Shown one piece after another: positions 1-9,874 of a DNA stretch of 64,000 nucleotides; the stretch's first letter is position 1; every line of letters starts with the position of its first letter. Under the pieces are notes generated by a model. It had not been told where the DNA came from. It did not search any database and was given only the letters and a program-made list of their open reading frames with translations. Source of the stretch: Nitrospirales bacterium (GTDB lineage: Bacteria; Nitrospirota; Nitrospiria; Nitrospirales; UBA8639). Position numbers and translations under genes: made by a program. The stretch covers positions 1,152,001 through 1,216,000 of the forward strand of contig OY729426.1 in assembly GCA_963422365.1 (NCBI GenBank), given 5' to 3'.

Positions 1-74
1 GCAGCGTCTAGAAGGGTAACCTCTACGTCTCGATAGGGGGGCGGTCTCATAACGAAGAGGGAAAGGGGAGTCGT

Positions 75-1124
75 GTGGAAACCGAGCTCTGCCGGATCTT
101 AAAAACATCCATACGCACTGAAGGGCCTCTGTCTTTTCGGGAGTTTATGCAGCAGGCCTTATTTCATCCTGAGTTCGGTTTTTATACGAAGGGTCCCCAT
201 ATCGGCTCCCCTAGGGGCACCTTTAATACGAATGCCATGTATAGGCCCTTTGCCTTTTGTCTCGCCAGAGCCATCGAGCGCGCCGAGGCGTTGGTCGGAG
301 AGTCCTTACGGATTGTCGAGTTTGGAGGAGGAACAGGGGAATTAGCAAGCCGAATGGGTTTGTTTTTTCAGTGTCCTCATGAATATGTCGTGGTGGAACC
401 GAGTCCGGGACTTCGGAAAAAGCAACGGGCCGTGGGGTTGCACTCGGTGCCACACCCTTCCGAATTGAACCCGCGTCCTTCGTTCCTTCTAGCCAATGAG
501 GTGCTTGATGCTTTTCCCGTGCATCGGGTGATGGGGGATGGACGTGGTGGGATCCAAGAAATGTACGTGGGTTTGGATGGCCAAGGAGAGCTTGTGGAAT
601 GTTTTGATGCTCCCTCGACGCCGTTGCTAGCCGCGAGACTTGCTGCAGAAGGGATTAGGCTGGGCCGTGGACAGATCGGAGACATTAACCTAGATCTGGA
701 CTCATTTATGAGGGACGCGCGTTCCGTCTTGTCGGCCGGGTATTTCCTGGTGATTGATTATGGCATGATGTGTTCAGATCTGTACCACTACTCCCGAAGA
801 AATGGAGCCCTCCGTTGTTATTATCAGCAACAGCGAGTCCATGACCCATTCGATTTAGTCGGCGAGCAAGATCTGACAGCGGATCTCGATTTTACAGCGG
901 TCGAAAGAGCTGCTACGCAGGCCGGTCTTGAACCTGCCGGACGCCAATGGCAAGGAACGTGGCTCCAGGCTGTGGGGATTGATCGCTATCGGGAACAGAG
1001 CGTGGGTCCAGACGATTCAGAGCATGAGATTGAAAGAGTCACGAGTCTTTCCCAATTAGGAAGTACCTTTGACGTGCTGGGGTTCCAAACTCCGGGGCTT
1101 CCGACGGTTCCGGGGTTTTCGTAA
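75..1124 (+). CDS. SAM-dependent methyltransferase, MidA/NDUFAF7 family
   Basis: GPLSFREFMQQALFHPEFGFY N-terminus, EFGGGTGEL SAM motif, ANEVLDAFPVH, IDYG and GEQDLTADLDF motifs. Confidence 0.85.
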   Translation: METELCRILKTSIRTEGPLSFREFMQQALFHPEFGFYTKGPHIGSPRGTFNTNAMYRPFAFCLARAIERAEALVGESLRIVEFGGGTGELASRMGLFFQCPHEYVVVEPSPGLRKKQRAVGLHSVPHPSELNPRPSFLLANEVLDAFPVHRVMGDGRGGIQEMYVGLDGQGELVECFDAPSTPLLAARLAAEGIRLGRGQIGDINLDLDSFMRDARSVLSAGYFLVIDYGMMCSDLYHYSRRNGALRCYYQQQRVHDPFDLVGEQDLTADLDFTAVERAATQAGLEPAGRQWQGTWLQAVGIDRYREQSVGPDDSEHEIERVTSLSQLGSTFDVLGFQTPGLPTVPGFS

Positions 1125-1199
1125 CCTTCCGTATCGATTGTCTTGTTCGAATTCGGAAGACATCCCCGCAGCCTTTTCTTACGATTGAGCACGATGAAA

Positions 1200-1391
1200 A
1201 CAAGTAAAGTTCCTAACCATTCCATCCATTTGGACAGTAAAAAATGCCGCTCGTTCTTGGTGTGAGGCAGTACGCTCAACCGTATTCTGGTTGTGTCAGA
1301 TACCGAGTGTAAGGAGCGTAGCAATATTGTTATTGTCAGTGTTCGGGTCGCGTCATCAAAGGAGCGGAGGCAATATGAATCAGGAAGGTGA
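1200..1391 (+). pseudogene. BrnT-family toxin remnant
   Basis: Manual translation ...SFLV*GSTLNRILVVSDTE...IVIVSVRVASSKERRQYESGR* matches the BrnT C-terminal pattern (RLLVVxHTER...IRIISARxATxxERxxYE); in-frame TGA at 1263-1265; no start codon. Confidence 0.6.
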
Positions 1392-1399
1392 ACAAGCCA

Positions 1400-1580
1400 C
1401 TATGCGTGTTTTCAGGTCCCGTTCGGTGGTAAGCACTACGAAGCCTATCGTCAAGGGACAAATTTAGTCCTGTTGGAACCTGATGTCGCCGAAGTTTTCA
1501 AGGACTTCGCAACGGTCAACTCTGCGCTAAGAACGCTGGTCAAAATTGCCAGGGATCACGTGTCAAAACAAAACGCTAGC
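1400..1580 (+). pseudogene. BrnA-like antitoxin remnant
   Basis: GKHYEAYRQGTNLVLLEPDVAEVFKDFATVNSALRTLVKIA is the typical BrnT-partner antitoxin sequence; N-terminus damaged; the frame runs on antisense into grxD. Confidence 0.65.
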
Positions 1581-1631
1581 TGGCAACCTGGTGAAGTGGA
1601 CGTCGCCCGACAACTACCGGTCTTGTCAAAA

Positions 1632-1961
1632 CTAGGCTTCGGTCTGAAAGGCCTGTTCCAAGAGAGGCTTCAGTTCTCCTTTCGACTGCATAGGCCCCAA
1701 GACGTCGGTATCACCATAGAACTGGCCATTGATGAAGACTTTGGGCAGGGTTGGCCAATTGGTCATTTGCGTTAAGGCTTCTCGTTTTGCTGGATTTTCC
1801 AACACGTTAATCATTTCATAGGGATATCCGAATTGATCAAAAAACTCCATGGTTTCGACGGTGAAGCCGCATTGAGGAGCGGTTTTGGTCCCTTTCCCGT
1901 AAATGAGTATTCTGTGTTGTTTTAATTCCTGTTGAATTTCTTCTTCGATTGGAGGTGCCAT
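1632..1961 (-). CDS. grxD: Monothiol glutaredoxin (Grx4-like)
   Basis: KGTKTAPQCGFT and WPTLPKVFING motifs; next to bolA. Confidence 0.9.
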   Translation of the reverse strand: MAPPIEEEIQQELKQHRILIYGKGTKTAPQCGFTVETMEFFDQFGYPYEMINVLENPAKREALTQMTNWPTLPKVFINGQFYGDTDVLGPMQSKGELKPLLEQAFQTEA

Positions 1962-1975
1962 ACGGTGTTTCCTTC

Positions 1976-2215
1976 CTATGAGCCATCCGTTGTTTCAGTC
2001 GTCAGTTCAAGCGCATGGATCCGTCCATCTTTCAACGGCTTATCCAAGGCTTGATAAATGAGACGGTGGCGATCTAATAAGTTTTTCCCTTTGAACGTAT
2101 CTGAAATCACCCTGACGTTTAGGTGATCCATGGTTCCCGTTCGATCCGTGACGGTGACCCGAGCATCGGCTAAGACTTGCTGGACATATTCCGTTAAGAT
2201 TTGAGGAGTAATCAT
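1976..2215 (-). CDS. bolA: BolA family protein
   Basis: HLNVRVISDTFKGKNLLDRHRLIYQAL...IHALEL. Confidence 0.9.
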   Translation of the reverse strand: MITPQILTEYVQQVLADARVTVTDRTGTMDHLNVRVISDTFKGKNLLDRHRLIYQALDKPLKDGRIHALELTTETTDGS

Positions 2216-2233
2216 GACGCAACGTACCTCTTG

Positions 2234-2434
2234 TCAAGGATGAAGATGATGGGCCTCTAGCTTGGGAGCATGATACTGAAGACAACGAGTTTCTGCAATT
2301 ATTGATGGCAGTACGGGAATCCCACAGGCATACACCCCATCTCTTCCCTTTTCCCAGAGGCGTTTCTCGCCAAAATAGGGTTTTGTCACGGCATGGTGTC
2401 GGGAGACGCAATCCTTGAGCGGATGGTTGTCCAT
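2234..2434 (-). pseudogene. Possible degraded MsrB (methionine-R-sulfoxide reductase) fragment
   Basis: TKPYFGEKRLWEKGRDGVYACGIPVLPS weakly resembles MsrB GTERPFxGxYxxxKxxGxYxCxxCGxPLFxS; remainder absent. Confidence 0.3.
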
Positions 2435-2454
2435 GGTGAATCAGGCATTCTTCT

Positions 2455-3174
2455 TCAATTTGAACCGCTAGGGTTGCTGAGAAACGGGCCAAGGCGGTCT
2501 AGAACCGACAAGGGAATTTCATGCCCCCCTCGAAATTCATGCCAGGTCACGGGGAGCCCATGCCGGAGTAAGGAGTCCTTAAGTTGGGTGGCCGTTTCAT
2601 GAGGGAGTAAAGGGTCGTCCGTTCCATGACTCTGAAAAACAGGAAGGCCTTTTCGAGCAGGCCATCGTTCTTCCCATTCCTGTTTCGCAAGAATGCTCCC
2701 CGACAGAATGATGAGCCCTGCAAATGCGCGAGTGCTTCGAACCATCGTATCGCAGGCTAACATGGCTCCTTGAGAAAACCCACCGAGAAAGACGTGATCC
2801 GGAGGAAGACCCTCATGCCGGTCGAGATCATTCAGCATCGCGAGAAGTTGTTCGCGGGCCGCTGCTAACCCGTCAGGAACGACGTGCAGATCACGCCCAC
2901 GCGCCATATGCTGAGCGATTTGGTCCATGTCGAGCATCCACCACGCTCTTCCATCTGGAAGGCCATCCTCCAGCTTCAGAGGGGCAACAGGGAACACGAA
3001 CCGCACCGTGTCCGGTACCCGTAACATCCTCCACAGGGAGACCAGATCATAACCGGGCGCTCCAAACCCATGAAGGAGAATGACCACGGGTCCGTTCCCG
3101 CCGCCTTCACGATCCGGCCCTCCCACCATTTGGACATCGAGCCCCCCATACGTGTGTACGCGCATCAGAATCAA
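2455..3174 (-). CDS. Phospholipase/carboxylesterase (alpha/beta hydrolase)
   Basis: LLHGFG, GGFSQGAM nucleophile elbow, HGTDDP, GGHEI. Confidence 0.9.
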   Translation of the reverse strand: MILMRVHTYGGLDVQMVGGPDREGGGNGPVVILLHGFGAPGYDLVSLWRMLRVPDTVRFVFPVAPLKLEDGLPDGRAWWMLDMDQIAQHMARGRDLHVVPDGLAAAREQLLAMLNDLDRHEGLPPDHVFLGGFSQGAMLACDTMVRSTRAFAGLIILSGSILAKQEWEERWPARKGLPVFQSHGTDDPLLPHETATQLKDSLLRHGLPVTWHEFRGGHEIPLSVLDRLGPFLSNPSGSN

Positions 3175-3200
3175 CTCTTCAGCAATGTGAGAGGGACGTC

Positions 3201-3383
3201 TTAATGCCCCATCTTAGGAGCGCCGGCATTGGCGCCTTCGGTCACAAGCGGGATTCGCAGAATTTGCTGGCAGTGATTACAGGTGATCCGCAGGGTATTC
3301 CGATCTGCATAGTCGATGTCTTGTTCTTTGATCCAAAAGAGTTTTTCACATTTCGGACATTTTCTGACAAGCATGGGCATCAA
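3201..3383 (-). CDS. Small zinc-ribbon protein
   Basis: CPKC...CNHC pair in 60 aa; AGGA upstream; co-oriented with the esterase. Confidence 0.65.
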   Translation of the reverse strand: MMPMLVRKCPKCEKLFWIKEQDIDYADRNTLRITCNHCQQILRIPLVTEGANAGAPKMGH

Positions 3384-3550
3384 GGCTTTCCTGGCTAGTA
3401 ATTACGATTGATTTAGTGTAATACAAATGAACGGCCAGTCTCTAGCAGAATGTTGAAAAAGCCTGTCCTGCGAGCTATTCCGAAGCAGCCACTGCTCTTC
3501 TGGTGCGTGGGGCGATGGTGGCACAATGGGTTTTTACAGCCTACTCGCAT

Positions 3551-3982
3551 ATGATCACCTATACGGACCGTAAGGATTTTGATCCCGCCGTCTTGTTACC
3601 CCTGTTTGAACGAGCGCCTTGGGCTTGTGGGAGGACCCTGACCGAGACGACACAAATGGTTCTTCATACCGATCTGTTTGTCACAGCGTGGGACGATCGT
3701 TGGGTAATTGGGTGCGGGCGGGTCTTGACGGATTATGTGTATCGAGCCTCTATCTGGGATGTCATTGTGGATTCGGCTTACCAGGGACAAGATATCGGGA
3801 CGGAAATCATTCATCGGATTTTGACCCATCCGACCCTCCAACGCGTCGAACTCTTCTGGCTCTGTACTCGTGACAAACACACATTCTATGAAAATCTTGG
3901 CTTTAGTGCCAAGGAACAAACTGGCATGGTTTGGGATCGACAGAAACAGTCTTCCTCCCCCTGCCGAGACGAAACCTTGTGA
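3551..3982 (+). CDS. GNAT family N-acetyltransferase
   Basis: IWDVIVDSAYQGQDIG acetyl-CoA motif and FYENLGF; ATG 3551 preferred over GTG 3503. Confidence 0.9.
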   Translation: MITYTDRKDFDPAVLLPLFERAPWACGRTLTETTQMVLHTDLFVTAWDDRWVIGCGRVLTDYVYRASIWDVIVDSAYQGQDIGTEIIHRILTHPTLQRVELFWLCTRDKHTFYENLGFSAKEQTGMVWDRQKQSSSPCRDETL

Positions 3983-4056
3983 AGCGCAAGTTTACCACGT
4001 TGGCTCTATGAAGAAAAACGCGGCTCCCCAGTCTTTGGAAGGAGGCGACGCCATTC

Positions 4057-5232
4057 ATGAAATGCCTTGGATTAATGTCGGGGACCTCAATAGATGGCGT
4101 GGATTGTGCCATAATCGACATCAGGCCTAGTCGCTCCACATTCCACATCACGCTCCTCGCCCACCGGACTCGTCCTTACCCGCCAACGATTCGAGAACAC
4201 ATCCTGTCGCTCAGCCAAACCGTCACGATGGAAGCGGTGTGCCGGCTTCATGTCGCCGTTGGGGAGATGTTCGCCCGTACGGCAAGCCAGACCATCAAGC
4301 AGGCGAAACTATCGGCCAAGGATATCGCCGTTATTGGCTCTCATGGACAAACCGTGTGGCACAGCCCCAAGAGGGTGTTGATGCCAGGAGTTGGACCAAT
4401 CCGATCCTCACTTCAGATTGGAGATCCTTCAGTCATTGCTGAGCGAACGGGTATCATGACGGTCGCGGATTTCCGTGCCAGAGATTTGGCTGCAGGTGGG
4501 GAAGGCGCTCCGTTGACTCCCTATGTCCATCATCACTTGTTTCAGTCTCGGAAACAGTCTCGGCTGATCGTCAATCTTGGCGGGATTGCCAATGTGACCT
4601 ATTTGCCACGCGGAGGAGACCTGAAGGACCTTGTGGCCTTTGATACGGGTCCCTGTAATCTTCTGTTGGATGGGCTGATGGCAAAAGCCACGCAAGGACA
4701 ATGGCCGATTGATCGCAATGGGGCCTTGGCCTCTCACGGTTGCAAACGGGACTCTCTCACGAATGAACTCTTGCAACATTCGTTCTTTGCACGGCTACCC
4801 CCGAAATCCACGGGGCGTGAAGAATTCGGTGAACGCTATATCCAACGTGTTTGGCAAGCTGCGACGGAACACAACCTGTCTTTAGAAGATACATTGGCGT
4901 CGAGTTGTGCAAGTATTGCGCAAACGATTCGTCAGTCCGGGCAATGGGTCCCCTGGCCGGTTGATGAGGTGATCGTCGGGGGCGGCGGTGTGCGAAATCG
5001 AGGACTTCTGAGTGCCCTGAAACAGGCATTCTGGCCGAGTCCCGTCAAGTCCATGGATCAAATTGGTGTCAATAGTAAGGCGGTGGAAGCCCTGGCCTTT
5101 GCGGTGTTTGCCTATCAGACCATCAGGGGTGTGCCGACCAATCTGCCTTCGGTTACCGGCGCAAAGTCTCCCGTCGTGCTTGGCACGATTACTCCGGGAC
5201 GGAACCGGTCTCCATTCGCTGCTAAAAGATAG
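4057..5232 (+). CDS. anmK: Anhydro-N-acetylmuramic acid kinase
   Basis: GLMSGTSIDGVD, GSHGQT, GGEGAPL, NLGGIAN, FDTGP, PKSTGREEF. Confidence 0.95.
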   Translation: MKCLGLMSGTSIDGVDCAIIDIRPSRSTFHITLLAHRTRPYPPTIREHILSLSQTVTMEAVCRLHVAVGEMFARTASQTIKQAKLSAKDIAVIGSHGQTVWHSPKRVLMPGVGPIRSSLQIGDPSVIAERTGIMTVADFRARDLAAGGEGAPLTPYVHHHLFQSRKQSRLIVNLGGIANVTYLPRGGDLKDLVAFDTGPCNLLLDGLMAKATQGQWPIDRNGALASHGCKRDSLTNELLQHSFFARLPPKSTGREEFGERYIQRVWQAATEHNLSLEDTLASSCASIAQTIRQSGQWVPWPVDEVIVGGGGVRNRGLLSALKQAFWPSPVKSMDQIGVNSKAVEALAFAVFAYQTIRGVPTNLPSVTGAKSPVVLGTITPGRNRSPFAAKR

Positions 5233-5248
5233 GAGGTTCAGAGAGATC

Positions 5249-5827
5249 ATGGATTTTCCCAAGAGGCTTCTTGATTGGCTCCCCATTGCATCTCACCCCT
5301 CGCTCTCTCAGATGCTCGTGGTGGGGCTGATTATTGTGACAGGGATTGTGATGATCCGGTTGGTACGGCCACGGAGACCCCAACCTGTGCCGGCTTGTGG
5401 CGTGTGGGCTGACGGGCTCTCGGAGAACGTCGCGGTGCAGGCTCGACCACTCATGAATGGCTCGGAAGTCGCGATGTTCAACCTCCTGCTGTTCGCCCTA
5501 CGCGACCATTTTTTATTGCTGGCGAAAATTCCCTTGAGGAGCCTTGTGCGCCTACGCATCAATGGGGATGTTTATAAACGTATTTTGGGTCACGCCATTC
5601 GAAATATGACGGTTGATTTTGTTGTGGTGCATCCAGGAACCCAACTGCCCGTCAAAGCCATTTTCGTCAGAAAACCAGGCGACGATGTGCCTGCTTCGAG
5701 TTCGCAGAACCAATTGATAGATGCACTGTTGCAGACGGCTGAGATCGAAGTGATCCGCCTTGATCAGGAGGACCGGTATGGCGTGAAACAATTAACCGCG
5801 TTGTTGGGACTTCAAGAAGAGGCGTGA
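5249..5827 (+). CDS. DUF2726-like membrane-anchored protein
   Basis: N-terminal TM segment then RPLMNGSE...KIPLRSLV...VDFVVV pattern; AGGAGG upstream. Confidence 0.7.
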   Translation: MDFPKRLLDWLPIASHPSLSQMLVVGLIIVTGIVMIRLVRPRRPQPVPACGVWADGLSENVAVQARPLMNGSEVAMFNLLLFALRDHFLLLAKIPLRSLVRLRINGDVYKRILGHAIRNMTVDFVVVHPGTQLPVKAIFVRKPGDDVPASSSQNQLIDALLQTAEIEVIRLDQEDRYGVKQLTALLGLQEEA

Positions 5828-5852
5828 AGTGAGGGGCTCGAACAAAGAACGT

Positions 5853-6461
5853 CTATTCGGTAATCACAGGGAGCATGGCGCGAAGCGCTTGATGGGCAAG
5901 GCGGTGAACGTCGCCACTCTGGACGGAGGGGTCGGTAAACGGAACAAATCGAGCCAACTTAAAAAAAGACCGATGCGAGAGGACGGCCGCTACTTCAGAG
6001 TGTCGTCCCCGGGTGAGTTCCAGTGTGTAGCCGGGGCCCTGTTTCCACTCCCATAACGAATGGCTCAAACAGAGGCAGATATCACGGTCTGCGACGGAGG
6101 GAAAGCGGTTGATGAGGTTTTCTTTGTAACGCCGGAGGTGACCACCTTCGAGAATCAGGGCAAAGACCATATGGTGGCCCCACCAGACGAGTGAACGAAA
6201 GGAAAATTTGACGTCTCTGGTAAAAAAGCGGGGGTAATCCAGATATTGATAAGGGAAATCTTCTAAATGTTCTCCTTTGACGAATTGACGGGCGTCCGGG
6301 TCGAAGGGTTCCGGAGCCAGCAGTTGATGTGCCTTGAGTTCGTGTTGAAATGATTCAAGGGTCTGTTCCAACAGGTGACGGATTTTTTTGGAGATCTGTG
6401 CCTTGGCTGCAAAGAAGTCGGTGTCGGAAAGAAAGGAAATTTCTTGGGAGGTAAAATGCAT
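5853..6461 (-). CDS. Conserved hypothetical protein
   Basis: Long ORF with KGEHLEDFPYQYLDYPRFF...RSLVWWGH; function unknown. Confidence 0.7.
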   Translation of the reverse strand: MHFTSQEISFLSDTDFFAAKAQISKKIRHLLEQTLESFQHELKAHQLLAPEPFDPDARQFVKGEHLEDFPYQYLDYPRFFTRDVKFSFRSLVWWGHHMVFALILEGGHLRRYKENLINRFPSVADRDICLCLSHSLWEWKQGPGYTLELTRGRHSEVAAVLSHRSFFKLARFVPFTDPSVQSGDVHRLAHQALRAMLPVITE

Positions 6462-6550
6462 GAATCGCAATGTCACGCGGATGACGGTGAAACACAAACG
6501 CGGGCATCCTGACATGGTCTGGGAAAAGGCTGCAAGCTCGGAGATGTTTC

Positions 6551-7324
6551 ATGAAACTGGCAACATTTAATGTGAATTCAATTCGGAAGCGGTTACCCGT
6601 AGTGAAACGGTGGTTGAAAAACCACGCGCCGGATGTGCTCTGTCTTCAAGAAACGAAGGTGCAAGATTCAGAGTTCCCTGTCAAAGAACTTGCCGCCACG
6701 GGATATCATGTGAGGTTTTGTGGGATGAAAGGGTATAACGGGGTGGCCCTTTGCATCCGACGTGAGCCTGAATGGGTCTCGTATGGGTTGGGCAAGGGTC
6801 CCGGTGGAGAGGGGCCTCGTTTGATGCACGCCGTTGTAGACGGTATTTCCATCGTCAATACGTATATTCCGCAAGGTTTTAAGATCGACCATCCGAAGTA
6901 TCAATACAAATTAGATTGGTTGAAACGGTTACGCCGGTATTTTACTCGTCACCTGTCTCCCGATGAGCCCGCTATTTGGTGTGGGGACATGAACGTGGCT
7001 CCAGAACCTCTTGATGTGCATCACCCGGAAAAACATGAGACCCACGTCTGTTTTCATTATGAGGCTCGGAAAGCCTACCAGCATGCTGTCGATTGGGGGT
7101 TCGGAGATGTATTTCGGCGTCTCTATCCAGATCGGCAACAGTTTACCTTTTGGGATTACCGGCAACCCAATGCCCTCAGGGCAAACCGTGGCTGGCGAGT
7201 GGATCACATTCTCGCGACCGAATCATTGGCTCGGCGATGTACGTCCGTGGAAGTTGATATCAAGCCCAGGAAGGGAAAAACTCCGTCAGACCATACCGTG
7301 CTCTGGGCTGAATTCTCTGCGTAA
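6551..7324 (+). CDS. xth: Exodeoxyribonuclease III
   Basis: ATFNVNSIR, LCLQETK, GDMNVAP, GWRVDHIL, SDH. Confidence 0.95.
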   Translation: MKLATFNVNSIRKRLPVVKRWLKNHAPDVLCLQETKVQDSEFPVKELAATGYHVRFCGMKGYNGVALCIRREPEWVSYGLGKGPGGEGPRLMHAVVDGISIVNTYIPQGFKIDHPKYQYKLDWLKRLRRYFTRHLSPDEPAIWCGDMNVAPEPLDVHHPEKHETHVCFHYEARKAYQHAVDWGFGDVFRRLYPDRQQFTFWDYRQPNALRANRGWRVDHILATESLARRCTSVEVDIKPRKGKTPSDHTVLWAEFSA

Positions 7325-7387
7325 AAAAGTGGTGGTCTGATTCGACAAGGAACCGGTTGCGTCCTAGGCGAGGCGTTTGATGTTCAG

Positions 7388-7975
7388 CTACTTGCGGGTT
7401 CGTCGTTTTCTTGTGGGGTTGGGAATGTTTTCAGGTGGGATAAAGACCGCGAGAGCCACGACGGTGGTCCACACGCCGGGTTTGCCAATAGCCGACTGGG
7501 TGATGTTTTGCGTACGAACAATTTCTCCGCCCATTTTAAAGACTTGTTCTCGTTCCTTCCATGCGACATCAGGATTAAAATCAATCCCTAAGGTCGTGGC
7601 CAGCATTTGGGCGGCAAGATCTTCCGTGTACTCGCCGGCTTCTTCGTCGGTTTCCCCATACGCGTGATGTTCAGAGAGATAGCCATAGGTCTTATGTCGG
7701 CCCTGGGGGATTGCCACACCAATCGATGCAGAAATTAACCGATTGCGTTCATTCGTTTCACTCCTGGCCATGACGCAGTAGGTGATCTCACCGGGATTCA
7801 AAAGGCTTTCACCTCGCTTCCGTGGGATAATTTTGCAATTGGGCGGCAGAATAGATGAAACACTCACTAAATTGCAGTAGGCCACACCGGCGCCCCGCAA
7901 GGCTTCTTCAAACGAGGCCAGTTTTTCTCGATGAATGCCAACCCCTCGTGTCAGAAAAATATGCGTAGGAACCAT
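7388..7975 (-). CDS. Pyruvoyl-dependent arginine decarboxylase
   Basis: SFEEALRGAG, NLVSVSSILPP autocleavage (SS) motif, YGYLSEHH; start ATG 7975 after a G-rich RBS. Confidence 0.9.
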   Translation of the reverse strand: MVPTHIFLTRGVGIHREKLASFEEALRGAGVAYCNLVSVSSILPPNCKIIPRKRGESLLNPGEITYCVMARSETNERNRLISASIGVAIPQGRHKTYGYLSEHHAYGETDEEAGEYTEDLAAQMLATTLGIDFNPDVAWKEREQVFKMGGEIVRTQNITQSAIGKPGVWTTVVALAVFIPPENIPNPTRKRRTRK

Positions 7976-8227
7976 GTCCCCCCCCGTTCTCAAGGTAGGA
8001 CGCGCCACCATGGGCAGGCGGCACTTGAGGTTTACAACATTGCGTAGATTCTCAAGATTCTCTGAACCGACTTTGGCTCTCTCTTCGTCATGCGTGGAAG
8101 GATACAATGAGCGCTATAGTGACAAACTTTTGCAGGAAACCGCAAGACGAGTTTGTCAATCGTATGCTGGGTCTCACGAGATCAGGAGACGGCGTTGAAA
8201 AAAAACGTTGACGAACAGGGAAAAGAG

Positions 8228-9661
8228 TTATTGCGGTAGGTGTAAGACTAACAGCTTTTGTTCCGAGAGTTCTTGGACCGCATATTTGACGCCTTCACGT
8301 CCTAGTCCAGAATCTTTCATCCCGCCATATGGCATGTGATCGGCTCGAAACGTTGGAATTTCATTAGCCAACACCGTCCCGACGTCAAGGGTGTGATAGG
8401 CACGGAAAATCGAATTGACATCGCGTGTGAAAATGCCAGCCTGGAGTCCATAGGGGGAGTCATTCACCATATCGAAGGCCTGCTCAAGATGCTGATATCG
8501 AGAGAGGGTGATGACCGGACCAAAAACTTCTTCGCAAGAAATTTTCATGCGTTGGTCAACATCGGTCAAGACTGTGGGGTGCATCAAAGACCGATGACGA
8601 GTCCCGCCTGTCATGACTTGTGCCCCTTGCTGGACGGCTTCCTGGATCCAAGTCTCTACTCTGATGGCCGCGTGTTCATGAATCAAAGGACCAACGACCG
8701 TGGAATTGTCTGCCGGGTTCCCGATCGGGAGGGTCTCAACAAGAGGAAGTAACCGGTCGAGAAAGGCGTCATACACCTCGTCATGGATGTAAATGCGTTG
8801 GACGGAAATACAGGTCTGCCCGGAATACGAAAATCCACCCGTGACGCACCGTTGGGCGGCCATGTGAAGGTCGGCATCAGGTTCAATGATGACCGCCGCA
8901 TTTCCCCCCAGCTCAAGCAGGACACGTTTTTTTCCTGTTTTGCCTTTTAAGCTCCAGCCGACGCTGGCACTACCTGTAAAACTTAAGGCTTGAATTCTTG
9001 CATCGCGGACCATGGATTCTGCCAGGGAGTTTTCGCACGGCAGAATACTTAAGGTTCCTTCCGGGAGATCGAGTTCTTGAAAGAGCCGCCCTAACCGTAA
9101 CGCGGTTAACGGGGTTTGCGGAGCAGGCTTCAGCAGAATGGGATTGCCGACGGCCAGGCAAGGTGCAACTTTATGCGCAACTAAATTCAGGGGGAAATTA
9201 AAGGGCGTAATACACAGGACCGGTCCGATCGGCACTCGTTGCCACAGGCCCAGATGGCGTTCCATGCCGGGGCCGATATCCATCGGGATGACTTCTCCCG
9301 GTATCCGTTTGGCTTCCTCGCACGCGATCGAAAAGGTTTGAATCGCCCGGTCCACTTCACGTCGGGCATCGGTGATGGGCTTGCCCGCTTCCAGGCAGAT
9401 GGTTTGGGCAAAGGCTTCCTTTTGTTCTTTCAGCCTGCTGGCGAGGAGGTGAAGTGCTGTGGCACGGGTATGGGAAGAGGAGCGGGCAAGACGGGAAAAG
9501 GCTTTCAGGCTGAGGGTTACGGCCTCCTCGGTGTCTGCCGGTTGGGCAAGGCAAACATCTGCTATCGGGCTTTCGGTAAACGGGTTGCCCACGGCTTGAC
9601 GTGTCGGGGTTTCACGCCATTCAGAACCAACAAGGATAGGAGCAATGGTTTCCACAGACAC
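8228..9661 (-). CDS. NAD(P)-dependent aldehyde dehydrogenase
   Basis: ITPFNFP, FTGS, LELGGN, GQTCIS, EEVFGP, PYGGMKDSG. Confidence 0.95.
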   Translation of the reverse strand: MSVETIAPILVGSEWRETPTRQAVGNPFTESPIADVCLAQPADTEEAVTLSLKAFSRLARSSSHTRATALHLLASRLKEQKEAFAQTICLEAGKPITDARREVDRAIQTFSIACEEAKRIPGEVIPMDIGPGMERHLGLWQRVPIGPVLCITPFNFPLNLVAHKVAPCLAVGNPILLKPAPQTPLTALRLGRLFQELDLPEGTLSILPCENSLAESMVRDARIQALSFTGSASVGWSLKGKTGKKRVLLELGGNAAVIIEPDADLHMAAQRCVTGGFSYSGQTCISVQRIYIHDEVYDAFLDRLLPLVETLPIGNPADNSTVVGPLIHEHAAIRVETWIQEAVQQGAQVMTGGTRHRSLMHPTVLTDVDQRMKISCEEVFGPVITLSRYQHLEQAFDMVNDSPYGLQAGIFTRDVNSIFRAYHTLDVGTVLANEIPTFRADHMPYGGMKDSGLGREGVKYAVQELSEQKLLVLHLPQ

Positions 9662-9766
9662 TGGGATGGGAGGAACGTAGACAGAGAAATGAGAAGCTCA
9701 TTTATACCATAATATCTCTTCTGGAGAGCGTGCGACGAAGAACCTCAATCCTTCCTGCCGAGATCC

Positions 9767-9819
9767 GGAGGGCCGCATCTCATGCGGTCTAAAAAGGCGC
9801 GATACGATCGCGCGGCTAC
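9767..9819 (+). repeat. GTAG-type REP-like double-hairpin element, copy 1
   Basis: ggagggccgcatctcatgcggtct-aaaaaggcgcgat-acg-atcgcgcggctac; homologous to 14151-14191 and 37240-37335. Confidence 0.7.
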
Positions 9820-9874
9820 TTCTAGTTTGACCCGTGCAGCCAGACTTGTATGATCAAGAGGTTTCCCGCGCATC

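Noticed and set aside
3443..3463. tagcagaatgttgaaaaagcc, resembling an IS/MITE terminal repeat
   Set aside because: Single short end with no partner end or transposase in the window
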